In this document: positions 23,642-35,315 of the stretch, piece by piece
Layout of the letters: the number at the start of each line of letters is the position of its first letter
Position numbering within the stretch: position 1 is the stretch's first letter
Assembly: GCA_002269645.1 (NCBI GenBank)
Contig: NIVC01002164.1
Location: forward strand, 1-64,000
Direction: 5' to 3'
From: Macrostomum lignano
Taxonomy: Eukaryota
Length of the DNA: 64,000 nt
Translations under genes and position numbers: made by a program
Notes under the pieces: model-generated
Databases searched by the model: none
The model's input: the letters and a program-made list of their open reading frames with translations, nothing else
Told to the model about the DNA's origin: nothing

Positions 23642-25117
23642 GTACTGCCGGAAAATCAAGCCCTGGAGCAGCAGTTGTTTCGAGCTTACCACGATCAAAT
23701 GGCCCACGGCGGTATTTCGAAGACAAAAGATTTGATTCGACAGAGATTTTGGTGGCCAAACTATTCAACGAACTTAGACAGATATATTAAGACTTGTACT
23801 GAGTGCCAGACAAGAAAGAAATACGGGCCGAAGCCACGAGCGCCCTTAGAACCAGAAGTCAGCAGTTACATGGGCGAGAAAGTACATATAGATTTCGCCG
23901 GTCCGTTCAACGCCACAGCACGGGGGAACAAGTACCTCCTGCTGATGGTTGATCACTTTACGGGCTGGCTAGAGGTAAAAGCGCTTAGAGATTGTACAGC
24001 TGAAAGTACAGCTTGGGCCCTGTACACAGAGTGGATCACTCGGCATGGTGCCCCTGAAGCATTCATATCAGACAGAGGTACATCGTTTACTGCAGAATTA
24101 GTGAAATCGTTAACCGAAAATTTCCGAATAGATTTGCGCCATACTACTAGCTACCATCCGCAGGCAAACGGTCGCTGCGAGCGCATGGTCAGAGTAGTGA
24201 AAGATGGAATCAGATTAGCTCAGAGTGAACTCAGTTTGGCATGGGATGAGGTGCTTCCGCACGCTTTGATGGTTCAGCGAAGCACGGTCAGTGAAAGCAA
24301 TAAATTTAGTCCGTTCGAATTAGTCTATGGTCGAAAGATGCGGCTACCGGTTGATGCTGAGCTTGGATTGCCTTCGCCGGAGCGCAAGACCCGTGATAAA
24401 CATTTACATGATCTGTATAAGAAGTGCATGGAATCGTATAGAATCGCCAGAGAAAAGCAACAAATATCAGTCAGGCGGCAGAAATCTAATTATGACACGA
24501 AAGTATTCCAGCAGTATTATCAGCCAGGTGACCTGGTCTGGATAGCGAATACGCAGAATTGTTATGATACGAATAGGAAATGGGTAGGTCCGTATCGAGT
24601 GCTTGAAGTAAGAAATAATGGAAAAAATTTAAAAATTGAACCCGGTCCAAAGGTTGACCGAATAGAGCAACCCGTCAGAATTCATGACGTAGTGACAGTA
24701 GACAGAACAAAGCCCTGCTACTTGTCAGAAGAAAAGTTGCGTCAATATCGAGAAGAGGAAGCTGGAAGTGCTAGTGATGACGGCTCGGAGGAGTCAGAAA
24801 GAGTCCAAGTGGAGATTCAGAGGCCAGAGAGAATTAGATTTTTGCAACGTGAGAGAGCTCACGAAGCTACTGGAAGTAATATAGATAGAACAGTGGAAAA
24901 TACTCAGACAGCGGCCAATGCAAACCAACAGGCGCAGGCGAGTCCTGCGGGGTCTCAGGCCAGGCAGATTCCTGTGCGCACTCCACCGAATTTAATGCAT
25001 CTGAGCCCAGTGCACAGTACGCCCCCGCAGCGGGCAGGCACGAATAACGTTAGCTGGATACCGCGGCTGCGGAACCGCGCGGCGATTAGACCCCCGGAAC
25101 GATACGGTTATCATTGA
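23642..25117 (+). CDS. pol: Pol part 2: integrase (HHCC, DDE, GPY), separated from part 1 by an apparent 1-bp deletion near 23641
   Basis: Frame continues VLPENQALEQQLFRAYHDQMAHGG...CTECQ, HIDFAG, ISDRGTSF, CERMV, WVGPYRV. Restoring one base gives Q-I/M-V-L-P. Confidence 0.92.
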   Translation, partial: VLPENQALEQQLFRAYHDQMAHGGISKTKDLIRQRFWWPNYSTNLDRYIKTCTECQTRKKYGPKPRAPLEPEVSSYMGEKVHIDFAGPFNATARGNKYLLLMVDHFTGWLEVKALRDCTAESTAWALYTEWITRHGAPEAFISDRGTSFTAELVKSLTENFRIDLRHTTSYHPQANGRCERMVRVVKDGIRLAQSELSLAWDEVLPHALMVQRSTVSESNKFSPFELVYGRKMRLPVDAELGLPSPERKTRDKHLHDLYKKCMESYRIAREKQQISVRRQKSNYDTKVFQQYYQPGDLVWIANTQNCYDTNRKWVGPYRVLEVRNNGKNLKIEPGPKVDRIEQPVRIHDVVTVDRTKPCYLSEEKLRQYREEEAGSASDDGSEESERVQVEIQRPERIRFLQRERAHEATGSNIDRTVENTQTAANANQQAQASPAGSQARQIPVRTPPNLMHLSPVHSTPPQRAGTNNVSWIPRLRNRAAIRPPERYGYH

Positions 25118-25714
25118 ATGGAGTCTATAGAAACGAAAGGCACTGTCGAGACGAAAATTTCAATTGTATTACTAATAGTAACTTGTCGAGACATACGCGA
25201 GAAATTCGTTGAACGAAAGTGGAACCAGAGAAAAATAGTCAATAGAAATTATAATATAGATTTGGAAGTGCTGATGTTGACACTGCAGTTGCAGGAGTTG
25301 AAGACTAACTGCTCGAGCTGCCACACCTGGTAGATTCCAGGACGCTAATGAAAGAGAAATACCATAGACGACCATAGAAGATATGAAACGATTGGAAGTT
25401 GCAAATAGAAATAGAAATTGAATTGAGCCCAGATTGAAGTCGTCTGCGGTTCCATCGGCCAGTATATTCGGAATTATTATAATGAGAAATTATTAAGGAA
25501 TAAATATTATTATAAATGTTATAAAAAAAAACAGTCTTGCAGTAGAACTGACATGCGTGAATATTCGATAAAAACATAAAAATTGTAAAAGCTTCATAAA
25601 AACAACACAAAAATATTATTCAAATTGCTTGAGTCAGAACACTGCTTGACACAAAAATATTAAAAACTCACAGTAAACCGACATGTTACATGTTGCAGCT
25701 AGAAATGTCTGAAG

Positions 25715-26078
25715 CGTCCTGGGCACGACGTTAAACTGCAACCGCTAGGAGAGAAGCAAACTAATGATGCGTCCTGGGCACGACGTAAAACTGCAGCCGC
25801 TGGAAAGGAAGTTCACTAGAGCCGGCGTCCTGGGCACGACGTTAAACTGCAGCCGTAGGAAGAGAAATTACCAAAAGAAGCAACCACGAGACGAAAGAAG
25901 TCCGAGAAAGATAGAAAAGCGACGTCATGGGCATGACGTTAAACTGCAATCACAAAAGACTGAAGTTCGAAAGAAAGGAGCCTTTGTCCTGGGCACGACA
26001 GAAAACTGCAGCCATTGGGCGGTGAATTTCGCCACGGGGATTGGTCCTGGGCAAGACCATAAACTGCAGCCAATGGGC
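25715..26078 (+). other. Array of six structured-RNA-like modules in the retrotransposon 3' UTR
   Basis: Consensus NGTC-(C/A)TGGGCAN-GACN-x-AAACTGCA(G/A)(C/T)C with compensatory stem changes, separated by unique, mostly purine-rich spacers. Confidence 0.8.
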
Positions 26079-26820
26079 GATAGTCTTCGCGCGCTGAGTG
26101 GATGGAACGCCACGGGAGCGTGGGCGTGAGTTAATTATCGTCGAGGCACCCGACAGAGATAAGCGTCGTGGTATATTGCGATAAGAATTCCGCTGTGGAG
26201 ACAGCGAGGGTCGCAGCGCCAACCCTACCTTCTTAGGAGGGGGGAGGTGCGGATAGTTAAATCAGCGAGTAATAAAATGTTGCCAGTCGATAAGGTTCAT
26301 CTTGGCACGTCGAAAGTGTGTAAATTGATTAACTTGTGTAAAATGCGTCAACGCGTTATTTGTTCTTGGTGATGGGTAGCATGCGTTTTGCTTTAAGTTT
26401 TCGATTGTAGAAAGTCGTGCCATAGTTTGCGTAAACGTTGCGTTCCGTCGCGATTTGTTTCGATTTATTTATTGATTTGCTTGTGTTTGTCGTGCGCGTA
26501 TTGAATAGTAGCTTTGCTTATGTATTTGATTGCGTTTTGCCGTGTCATAGAATTGTATTTGTGTTCTTGTTTGCGTTTCATTGTCGCGTCATGTTTTGCA
26601 TAGTGAATTACGTTGTGTTCCCATTTGCGTTTTTTTTTCCCAGTTGCTATAGTTATACCCTTGTTATATTGCTCTTGTTCTTGAATTTTGAAATTTGCTT
26701 TCCGCGAATGCGTTCCGTGCTGTACTGTACCAACTTGCTTACTAGGAGTAGTATGTCGTGAATATGACGCAAATTTTCATTTGTTGTAAAGTTTTTCTTC
26801 TTTTGTACTCTATTTCTTTT

Positions 26821-26832
26821 AGGAGGGGGGAG
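26821..26832 (+). other. Polypurine tract AGGAGGGGGGAG
   Basis: Immediately precedes the 3' LTR; an identical copy lies at 26235-26246. Confidence 0.9.
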
Positions 26833-28032
26833 TGTAGTGTGAGCATCTTTGCGTTTATTCTGTTGTAAATTGACTGCATTAGTTTCTATATTGTTATTGA
26901 ATTGTTATTTTGCTTTAGTTAGTCATACGTTTTTGGTGTACTTTTTTCTTGTTAGTTAGAATCTAAATTTGTAAACGGCTTAGAAATCAGACGCCATCTG
27001 TGACTCAGCGGAGGGTTGAGTTTTGTCTGCGAACCCCAGCTTTGCGCGGCCAGCCAATCAGAACCGGCCTGGACCCTGGCACGCGGCAAGTTTCAGTTCT
27101 ACCCGGCGCCGCGGGCACAGTTCAATTCGGCTTAAGCAAGCGGCCGGCCAGACGACCACCACCCGGCTTGAGGGGGTTTTGAGGGGTTGACTCTGACTAT
27201 ATATGAAAGTGTGTTTTGGCAATCGGATCTCGCTTCTTCTCTCTCCTTTCCCCGGTTTTGTCTTGTCCAGTTCCCGGCCGGTGGCCCGACTTTTCCTCCC
27301 CTTGTTGGTTCGCGCTTTGAGGCGTTTTGATTTCATCACCCCCGGTCCATATCTTTGTTCCCGCCCAACCGCAGTAGTCTTGTGGCGTAACGTCTACGGC
27401 AAATTCCTGTCTGAAGTCGTCGCTGTCAAGCGCGGTTAGATAGAGACTGTCGGATCTGATCAAGTACGCGGCCTCGACCCCGAGGGCCCAGTGTTACACT
27501 GAAGGGCAGTGCCGATAGAACTTAGTCGGTACTCCGTTGAACGGTCGGTTCGGCAGGGCTCTCGTTTGAGTGTAGGTTCTGGCTTAGGCCAGGGGTTAGG
27601 AGTCTTCTCCGTGGTCCTGTGTTCGGTGCCTTCTTCTTCTTCAGCTGAGATCCCTTGCCAGTTGCGTAATTAATTTATTAGTTATTAATCGTTATTATCA
27701 TCTGTGTCAATTTATCTGCGCCGCGAATTGCATCTTGTAATTGAATCTTGTTGAATCTTGTAACTCAGCTAATCAAATTAAACCGTCAATCAAGTTAGTT
27801 GTTCTTGAAATAGGATTATCACTCTCTAAATCTTTCGGTTTGTGTTTCCTCGTGTTCTTTATTTTCTTGTACTGTACCTGCGGCTATTGGAGAAGACTGG
27901 TAGAACTCGCCGACCGGCGATAGGCGATTAGGATTAATAGTTTTAAAATCTCCGAACGCTCCAAGTAGGTTTGTCTAGGGCCTAAATAATTGCTTACCGT
28001 GCATGCTATTATCTAATTGCCTATTTATCACA
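26833..28032 (+). repeat. 3' LTR (1200 bp)
   Basis: By eye differs from the 5' LTR by about 3 substitutions and 3 homopolymer indels. Confidence 0.96.
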
Positions 28033-29025
28033 CTGGGATGCACAGAACTGACGGGGAGCGCGTGCCCCTTGTGCCCCCCCCCCCTAAATCGCAGGCAGGC
28101 AGTCAGTCAGAAGATGCATTTTGCATATTGACAGTCAGAACTGTCAGAGAATCAGACAAAAAAAAACTTGAGACAGTCGGCTTTATAAAGTCTTAATGAA
28201 CGTAAAAGAAATAAAAAAATTAAGACTTAAGATCTAAGAATATGAATTCAACATTTTTATTAGAGGCAGGGGGGTTTGTGTGCACCCTGGCGCACTTTAA
28301 GCGACATAGGCACACAACCGGCGAGAGGCATTACTGCATGCCCATTCCGCCGACTCCCCTGAGCAGGCATACAATTAAGGGCGCGGGTACGTACGCAGGC
28401 ACACACTCACACAGGAGTGTACAGTGGCCCTAACTTTATTTTATCGTTAGGCATGTACACTTCACTGCGCCTTGGGGGGGGGGGGTTGGCTCTCAAAGCC
28501 GTTAATTGCACGAGCAGAGCCAAGCCGAGATTCCAATTCAGCCCCAAATTAATGTGACTGCACTTGGAATCGAGCCTGGGTCGCTGGTACATCAGAGCCT
28601 GCGCTAGACCACAGGGCTACGGCCGAATTCAGCATACTAATTTTTTATACTGTAGTTTATATATGTATTTTCTGTTGTTTTACTTCTATAAAGATTTTTT
28701 CAACTTTAAATGCATGTATTTCTGAGAATCTTTAGTTTAACATTCATTTTAAATCAAGTCACGATGTCTGAACTGAACTGAACATGCAGTGAAAATGACT
28801 GAAAATGACATGACATACAGTGAAACACGGAGTGGAGCTTATATTGAGGTGCTGCACGCAAATTAATAGCAGCTATAAGCTATTTAGTGGATTTGTCAGA
28901 GGATTCTCAGAAAAAAATGTATAAGTAATATTCAAAATTATACTATCTAGATACTTCAAACTTGTAGTACCTTTGCTTTACAGGCTTTATATATTTAGTA
29001 GTAGTGCCTAGAGGCACTATATTGA

Positions 29026-29610
29026 ATGAATCAATTTCCCAGAAATGTCATTGGCACTGAAATCAATAGATTCATCTCTAATAAAATGACAGACAAACCA
29101 AGTTTTGCTTCTGATAAGGATGTGTTAAAAACTTGCCTGAGCATGGTCTTGCCTTTCTATGGTAGCTGCTCTAACCTGTTGAAGAAGAAAATTGAAAAAA
29201 GCCTCTGTAAATTCTTCAACACACCTATTAAGATAGTTTTCTGCACTGCTAAGGTCAGCCAATATGTTAGTAGACTGAAATCCCATGTTCCTCTTGCTCT
29301 GGTGGCAGGTGTTGTGTATAAGTTCTCTTGTTCTGTTGACCAGAACATTACCTATATAGGTAAAACTAAAAGGCACTGGTACACCAGAGTCAGAGAGCAT
29401 TGGTTGAAAAATTCGGCTATCTAAGACCAACTGCTCTGTTGCAACAGCTGTTGCAAAATTGAGCAAACTCAGCAGTTCAAAATTATTGATTGGTGTAGGA
29501 CTGACTTTAGGCATAATATACTTGAATCCATGTACATTAAAAACCAAAAACCAAATCTGAATATTCAGCTCTCCCATAGTGGTACGGGCCATTTGCTCAA
29601 GGTGTTCTAA
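29026..29610 (+). pseudogene. Penelope-like element 3' fragment: GIY-YIG endonuclease with in-frame stop at 29422-29424
   Basis: LPFYG, GVVYKFSC...YIGKTKRHWYTRVREH, and after the stop FKIIDW...ILESMYIKNQKPNLNIQ. Confidence 0.85.
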
Positions 29611-30324
29611 GTGAAGGCACAAACCTGAACAATGTACTCGTAGTCTCTGCTCATTTACTTTGAAAATTCTGCCCATGATCTGCCCCTTGGACTGTACAGT
29701 AAACGTTTTTTTGCTTATCTCTTATAAAAGTTGTTGTGTGACTAAAAATACACCAGACCTGAAGATTGTTGGACCAAAATGCATTGAAAGAATATAATCA
29801 ATGTTGATTTTCACTTTTATAGTTCTTTACCTTCTAAAGCATGCTAGCTTACCTCAACTTTAATTTTAAAATCTCAAATTTGGACCTTAGATGCCAAATT
29901 GGCAACCCGTTTTTCCAAGCTAATTGTCACTTAATTTTAAATTCCATATTTTTCTATAGTTTATATTTTGATTTAAAGTAAGCATATTAATACTTTTAGA
30001 ATTATTAGGATTCTTAAGATTTCAAGCTTCTATCAATTGTCAAATTTGAATAATCTATAAACATTAAAGTTTGCAGAGTTCTACAATTTTGAGATGCTTA
30101 AGATAGAATTATTGATATCTTATTTAATGTTAATTTTTCTACTAATGCCAGCTAGCATCTGGGTTTTCAATTAGGCATCCCAAATTTCAGTTTAAATTTA
30201 AACCCAGGATCTCGGTAATTCTATTGCTTAAAATTTAAAAATGCAGTTAAGATTATTAGGCTATTATTATCCACAATGAGATCACTTTGAGCCATAAAAC
30301 CACCCCAATGGCCAACCAAAACTC

Positions 30325-32164
30325 ATGGCGGGCAAATCAAAGAGGCGGCGGCAGCCAATAAAAAGCAGCAGCAAGCAGAAGCAGCAATCAGCTGCACAGT
30401 TGGCAGTGAAGAAGCCGGCCAAAGCCAAGCCAGTGCAGGCGGCCGCAGCCTGGCAGCGTTGGCTGATCAAATCCGAGCCAGAGAGCCGCATCGAGGCCAA
30501 TGGCGAGGAGATGAAGTTCAGCCTTGACGATCTCAGGCAGCAGCCCGATGGCACAGCCGTCTGGGATGGCGTCAGGAACTACCAGGCCAGGAATTTCCTG
30601 CGTGACAGCATGCAGCCAGGCCACCTGGCCTTCTTCTACCACAGCAACTGCAAGCAGCCTGGCATTGTTGGCATTTCCCGTATTGTTAGGTGAGTAGCCT
30701 ACTTTTGTGACTGCGGAATCCGCCTCCTCAAGCTGCATCCAACTGGAATCCGCCCCTCCCTCAGCTGAATCCAGCTGAAATCCGCCCCCCTCAGCTGCAC
30801 CAGCTGCATCCAACTGGAATCCGCCCCCCTCAGCTGCATCCATCTAAAATCCGCGCCCCCCTCAACTGCATATATCTAGAATCCGCCCCCTCAGCTGCAT
30901 TCAGCTGGAATCCGCCCCCCTTAGCTGCATCCAGATGAAATCCGCCCCCCCCTAAGCTGCATCCAGATGGAATCCGCCCCCACTCAGCTGCATCCAGATA
31001 AAATCCGCCCCCCTCAGCTGCATTATCCGCCCCCCCTCAACTGCATCCAGTTGGAATCCGCCCCCCTCAGCTGCATCCAGATGGAATCCGCCCCCCCCCT
31101 CAGCTGCATCCAACTGGAATCCGCCCCCCTCAGCTGCATCTATCTAGAATCCGCCCCCACTCTCAGCTGCATTCAGCTGCAATCCGCCCCCCAGCTGCAT
31201 CCATCTAGGATCCGCCCCCTCAGCTGCATCCAGTTGAAATCCGCCCCCTCAACTGCATCCAGCTGAAATCCGCCCCCCTCAACTGCGTCCAGCTTGAATC
31301 CGCCCACCTCATCTGCATCCAGTTGGAATCCGCCCCTCCCCTCAGCTGCATCCAGTTGGAATCCGCCCCCCCCTCAGCTGCATCCAACTGGAATCCGCCC
31401 CACCCCTCAACTGCATATATCTAGAATCCGCCCCCCTCAGCTGCATCTATTTAGAATCCGCCCCTTCAACTGCATCCAGCTAAAATCCGCCCCCCCTCAG
31501 CTGCATCTAGCTGAAATCCGCCCCCTCAGCTGCATCCAGTTGGAATCCGCCCCCCACTCAGCTGCATCCAGATGGAATCCGCCCCCCTCAGCTGCATCTA
31601 TCTAGAATCCACCCCACCCCCTCAGCTGCATCCATCTAGAATCCGCCCCACCCCCTCAGCTGCATCCATCTAGAATCCGCCCCACCCCCTCAGCTGCATC
31701 CATCTAGAATCCGCCCCACCCCCTCAGCTGCATCCAACCGGAATCCGCCCCATCCAACCGGAATCCGCCCCATCCAACCGGAATCCGCCCCATCCAACCG
31801 GAATCCGCCCCATCCAACCGGAATCCGCCCCATCCAACCGGAATCCGCCCCATCCAACCGGAATCCGCCCCTCAGCCGCGGCTACCCGGACCCGACCCAG
31901 TTCGAACCCGGACGGGCGCACTTCGACGCAGCCTCCCAGCCGTCCAATCCGCGCTGGTTCGCTGTCGACGTGAAATTCGAGTTGGAGCTGCCGCGGCCGC
32001 TGCCCCTGGCGGAGCTGCGCGAGCTGCACCTGGCGCACAAGCAGTCCGGCGGGCCGCTGCGCAACCTGGCCCTGTGCACCTGCCCCAGGCTCTCTGTGCA
32101 GCCAGTCAGCGATGAGGAATGGCGCTTTCTCACCCAGCTTGCTGGCGTGCCAGAGAAGGATTGA
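30325..32164 (+). CDS. THYN1: Thymocyte nuclear protein 1 (EVE domain); exons 30325-30689, 31876-32164
   Basis: WLIKSEPESR, WDGVRNYQARNFLR, FFYHSNCKQPGIVG, GYPDPTQF, NPRWFAVDVKF, RLSVQPV. The phase-2 GT-AG intron joins in frame. Confidence 0.95.
30710..31875. repeat. About 30-bp minisatellite (CAGCTGCATCCAGTTGGAATCCGCCCCCCT) with 20-bp variant, filling the THYN1 intron
   Basis: Degenerate tandem copies. Confidence 0.93.
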
Positions 32165-32442
32165 CCTTTGGCAGCTGAGTGATTGATTGACTTTTTTAAC
32201 TCCTGCATTTTCTCAGCTCTGCAATATGCGCTAACTACTGTTTAATAAACCCGCTCAATGCATTCGCGTGTTAGTTTTATTGTTCTTAAAAACCGTTTAA
32301 CACTACTAATGATAAGTAGTTTAATTGTTACAATTGGCTTTTTATTCTTTAAAAACTCTTTTTCTTTGTTGTACCAAAATTCACAAAAATGCCACGACGA
32401 TCAATGCTAAAACTCGCAGCTGTGTAACCGGGAATGAGGTAG

Positions 32443-32850
32443 GGGCGCTCACGACTGAGATGAGGTAGCTAGGCACTCACTGAAGCTACTGAGATGGAGG
32501 TAGCTAGGCACTCACCGAAGCTACTGAGATGAGGTAGCTAGGCACTCACTGAAGCTACTGAGATGAGGTAGCTAGGCGCTCACCGAAGCTACTGAGATGA
32601 GGTAGCTAGGCACTCACTGAAGCGGCTGAGATGGAGGTAGCTAGGCACTCACTGAAGCTACTGAGATGTGGTAGCTAGGCGCTCACTGAAGCTACTGAGA
32701 TGAGGTAGCTAGGCGCTCACTGAAGCTACTGAGATGGGGTAGCTACATGTAGAGGCGCTCACTGAAGCTACTGAGATGGGGTAGGGGCGCTCACGACTGA
32801 AATGAGGTAGAGGCGCTCACTGAAGCGTCTGAGATGAGGTAGTAGCGCTC
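32443..32850. repeat. 34-bp tandem repeat
   Basis: Unit GAGATGAGGTAGCTAGGCACTCACTGAAGCTACT. Confidence 0.92.
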
Positions 32851-33189
32851 ACGACTTTATGTGAAATGGAAACTTCTACTGAGATATTTTTAGACAATTT
32901 TGGTACCGACTTCAAAACAAGCCAAGTTGCACCGATTCTCCTCTCTATCACAGCAAAGCTAGCGCTGCACTTAGAAAATACAGCACCCGAAAGTGTCCAT
33001 TCTGTCTCTCTCTCCAACTGTACTCCCAGAGCGCCAATGGCGTCACTCGGCCTGAAGACCGCTGCAGACCGGTCTAATTTTAGCAGCCGTTCGGCTTTGC
33101 CTAACTTTGGAATTCCGCTTGGCGTGGCCCTCTCCTCTTCCGCTCATGCATGGCTCATGCGCTAAAAATAGCGGATAAAATTAGCAGCA

Positions 33190-33219
33190 TGAGTCAGCCA
33201 GCGGGAATACCCTATATAA
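33190..33219 (+). promoter_or_regulatory. AP-1 site and TATA box upstream of the Fos-like gene
   Basis: TGAGTCA at 33190-33196 and TATATAA at 33213-33219, about 110 bp before the ATG. Confidence 0.6.
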
Positions 33220-33326
33220 TACTGGCCAAGATCTTCAAGGCTCTTTCCCCAAGCCAAGCAGAATACGCCGGGAAATCCAGAGCGATAGCTACACTAACAG
33301 AAGACTGAAAGCAACCGCTTGCCACC

Positions 33327-34121
33327 ATGGTGAAAAGTCTGAAGTTCCTGCGACACCGCCGCACCGACACCGGCTACTTCAGCGAGTTCCTCATCGCCAA
33401 GACGCCGAACGATCTGGAGAATCGCGAGCCTCAGCAGCAGATTGTGCTGGCGGCCGCCCCGGCAGTGCAGCAGCCGCTCCAGCATCAGCAGCTGGCGATG
33501 GTCCCCGCTGCCATCGACCTGCAGGCCTGGCCAGCCAGCCAGGAGGTCGTCATCAGCTCCGCCGCCGCCGTTGCTCCGCAGGTGCCGCCTCAGCAGGCGC
33601 CGCGACCCGCGGCAGCCAGCCTGAACTCTTACCGTCTGGCCAGGCGGCGCGAGCGGAACCGGGCCGCGGCCGCCAAGTGTCGGCAGCGCCGTCAGGACCG
33701 GCTGGAGACGCTGGCCGACTGTGTCAGGGATCTGGAGGCGGCCAACGGGGACCTGGAGGCAGAGGTGGCCGAGCTGGCCGCTGCCAGAGCCCAGCTGGAG
33801 GCGCAGCTGAGGTCGCACCGGGCGCACTGCCAGTTGCCCGGCCCGATGCCCGCGGACGCCGATGACTCGCAGTTCCTCTCCTCGTCGCCCTCTTCGCCTT
33901 CGTCTGTCTGGCTGGCGGCGCCGCCGACACCGCAGACTCCGCATGAGCCGCCGCAGGCCCGCAGGCCGGCGAGTCTGTCGCTGCAGCCGGCGCCGCCACC
34001 GGACTCCGAGCTGCCTTCGCTGACGACTCCCAGGGGTTGCGGCAGCGGCCTGACGCCCTTTCTGCTGACGCCGCAGTCAGCGGTGAAGCTGGAGACGGCG
34101 TGTGTGCAGCTTTCGCACTGA
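33327..34121 (+). CDS. Fos/ATF3-family bZIP transcription factor, single exon, 264 aa
   Basis: RRRERNRAAAAKCRQRR basic region, five-Leu zipper ending HRAHC (Fos-type HxxxC), and TP-rich C-terminus. Confidence 0.9.
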   Translation: MVKSLKFLRHRRTDTGYFSEFLIAKTPNDLENREPQQQIVLAAAPAVQQPLQHQQLAMVPAAIDLQAWPASQEVVISSAAAVAPQVPPQQAPRPAAASLNSYRLARRRERNRAAAAKCRQRRQDRLETLADCVRDLEAANGDLEAEVAELAAARAQLEAQLRSHRAHCQLPGPMPADADDSQFLSSSPSSPSSVWLAAPPTPQTPHEPPQARRPASLSLQPAPPPDSELPSLTTPRGCGSGLTPFLLTPQSAVKLETACVQLSH

Positions 34122-35315
34122 TTGCAGATGAGCAATATGGCACTGCAGATTAACTAACTGACACCGAATCATAATCTTCACTGCGTCTGTTTAATCCTTT
34201 ATACACTAAAGTACAATTTTTCATTTGTCGGTGGCATTCGTTTGTCCCGGAGCATTTTTACTCGTAAGATGCGTGATGCGTGTACGCAAACCCCTGGTAT
34301 TGTGCTTGCTCGAATTCTATGAAATATACATCATTAATTTAAGCTGAGTTAAAGCTTTATCTCAGAAGTTTCGCATTAGTTAAAATTTGACAGTCTTATC
34401 GACTACGTGAACTTTTTGAGCTTTAGGAATTTTGATCTTTCTTTTGGGTACTCAAGCAGTCCCAGTCTGGCCTCAACAAGGGCCTGAGCGGCTGCAGTGC
34501 TGAGTGCTTGTTGTGAGAAGGGTTCACTAATTTTAGTCACCTGAATTTTAACTGCGTCACAGACTTCAGGTTAGAGCTATATGGCGGTCTATGTACATTG
34601 GAATCTCTCTCCCCCATCTCTCTCTCTCTCTTGCCAAGTGCAGTACAAGAAACAAGCAGGTTTTCGGTGTACTTTTTGAAGTGTACACTGACTGCGCGGC
34701 TGGCCGTACGAGCTACAAAATATATGTAATAAACATTATAGCCTACTGTGAGTAGGTCAGTTTGAACTGGCGATTCTTTTCAATTGACAGTTTGCTTCAC
34801 AAAATATAATGCTGCTCGCACTCTGGGAATTCCCCGACTTGAGATTTTGTTCTAACGAAAACTGTTCACTGTTTATGGCACATTTTGTTGGATTTTGTTG
34901 CCAAAGTTCCAGAATAGCCATTTGGTAACAGTTTTGGAGAGACGCCTATCTGGTTTGTTTTTTACCTTATTCATGCAGTACGAGCATTTGCAAACAGATT
35001 GTGAGTTGAAATTAGTGTACGCTCATACTAGTATTTTCAACTAAACGACTTGTGTGGGCGTCACGAACACAAATTAGACATGAGCCACAATGGAACCTAT
35101 TTTCGAATCTGAGTCACATTCCTGCTGAATTGCTTTACTAAGTTAATCATTAACTTGCTTATGATTTTATTAACGAAGTATTTGGCCTTTGCAGATTACT
35201 TCATTGCTATTTATAAATTTCTTTCAAAGGTGCTCAACAATAGCGCAGGGGAGTGTCAGTTTGGCATAAAAGGTCATTGTTATTCAGAGTGCACCAGTTA
35301 GACATTGCACCAACG

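Larger units (their letters stand above)
17426..28032 (+). mobile_element. Full-length Ty3/Gypsy LTR retrotransposon, 10607 bp
   Basis: TG...CA LTRs, 4-bp TSD CTGG (17422-17425 and 28033-28036), PBS-like site, PPT, and gag plus pol in PR-RT-RH-IN order. Confidence 0.97.

Noticed and set aside
25118-25333. 71-aa ORF starting right after the pol stop (possible env or ORF3)
   Set aside because: Short and A-rich, with no signal peptide, fusion or TM architecture recognised.
25715-26078. CRISPR array or complete pistol ribozymes
   Set aside because: Eukaryotic retroelement context, no cas genes, degenerate repeats and irregular spacers. The GCCC pseudoknot strand and catalytic half of pistol are absent. 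Kept only as a structured-RNA array.
26438-26761. Hydrophobic 107-aa ORF before the 3' LTR
   Set aside because: Starts at TTG, and its hydrophobicity is explained by T-rich composition.
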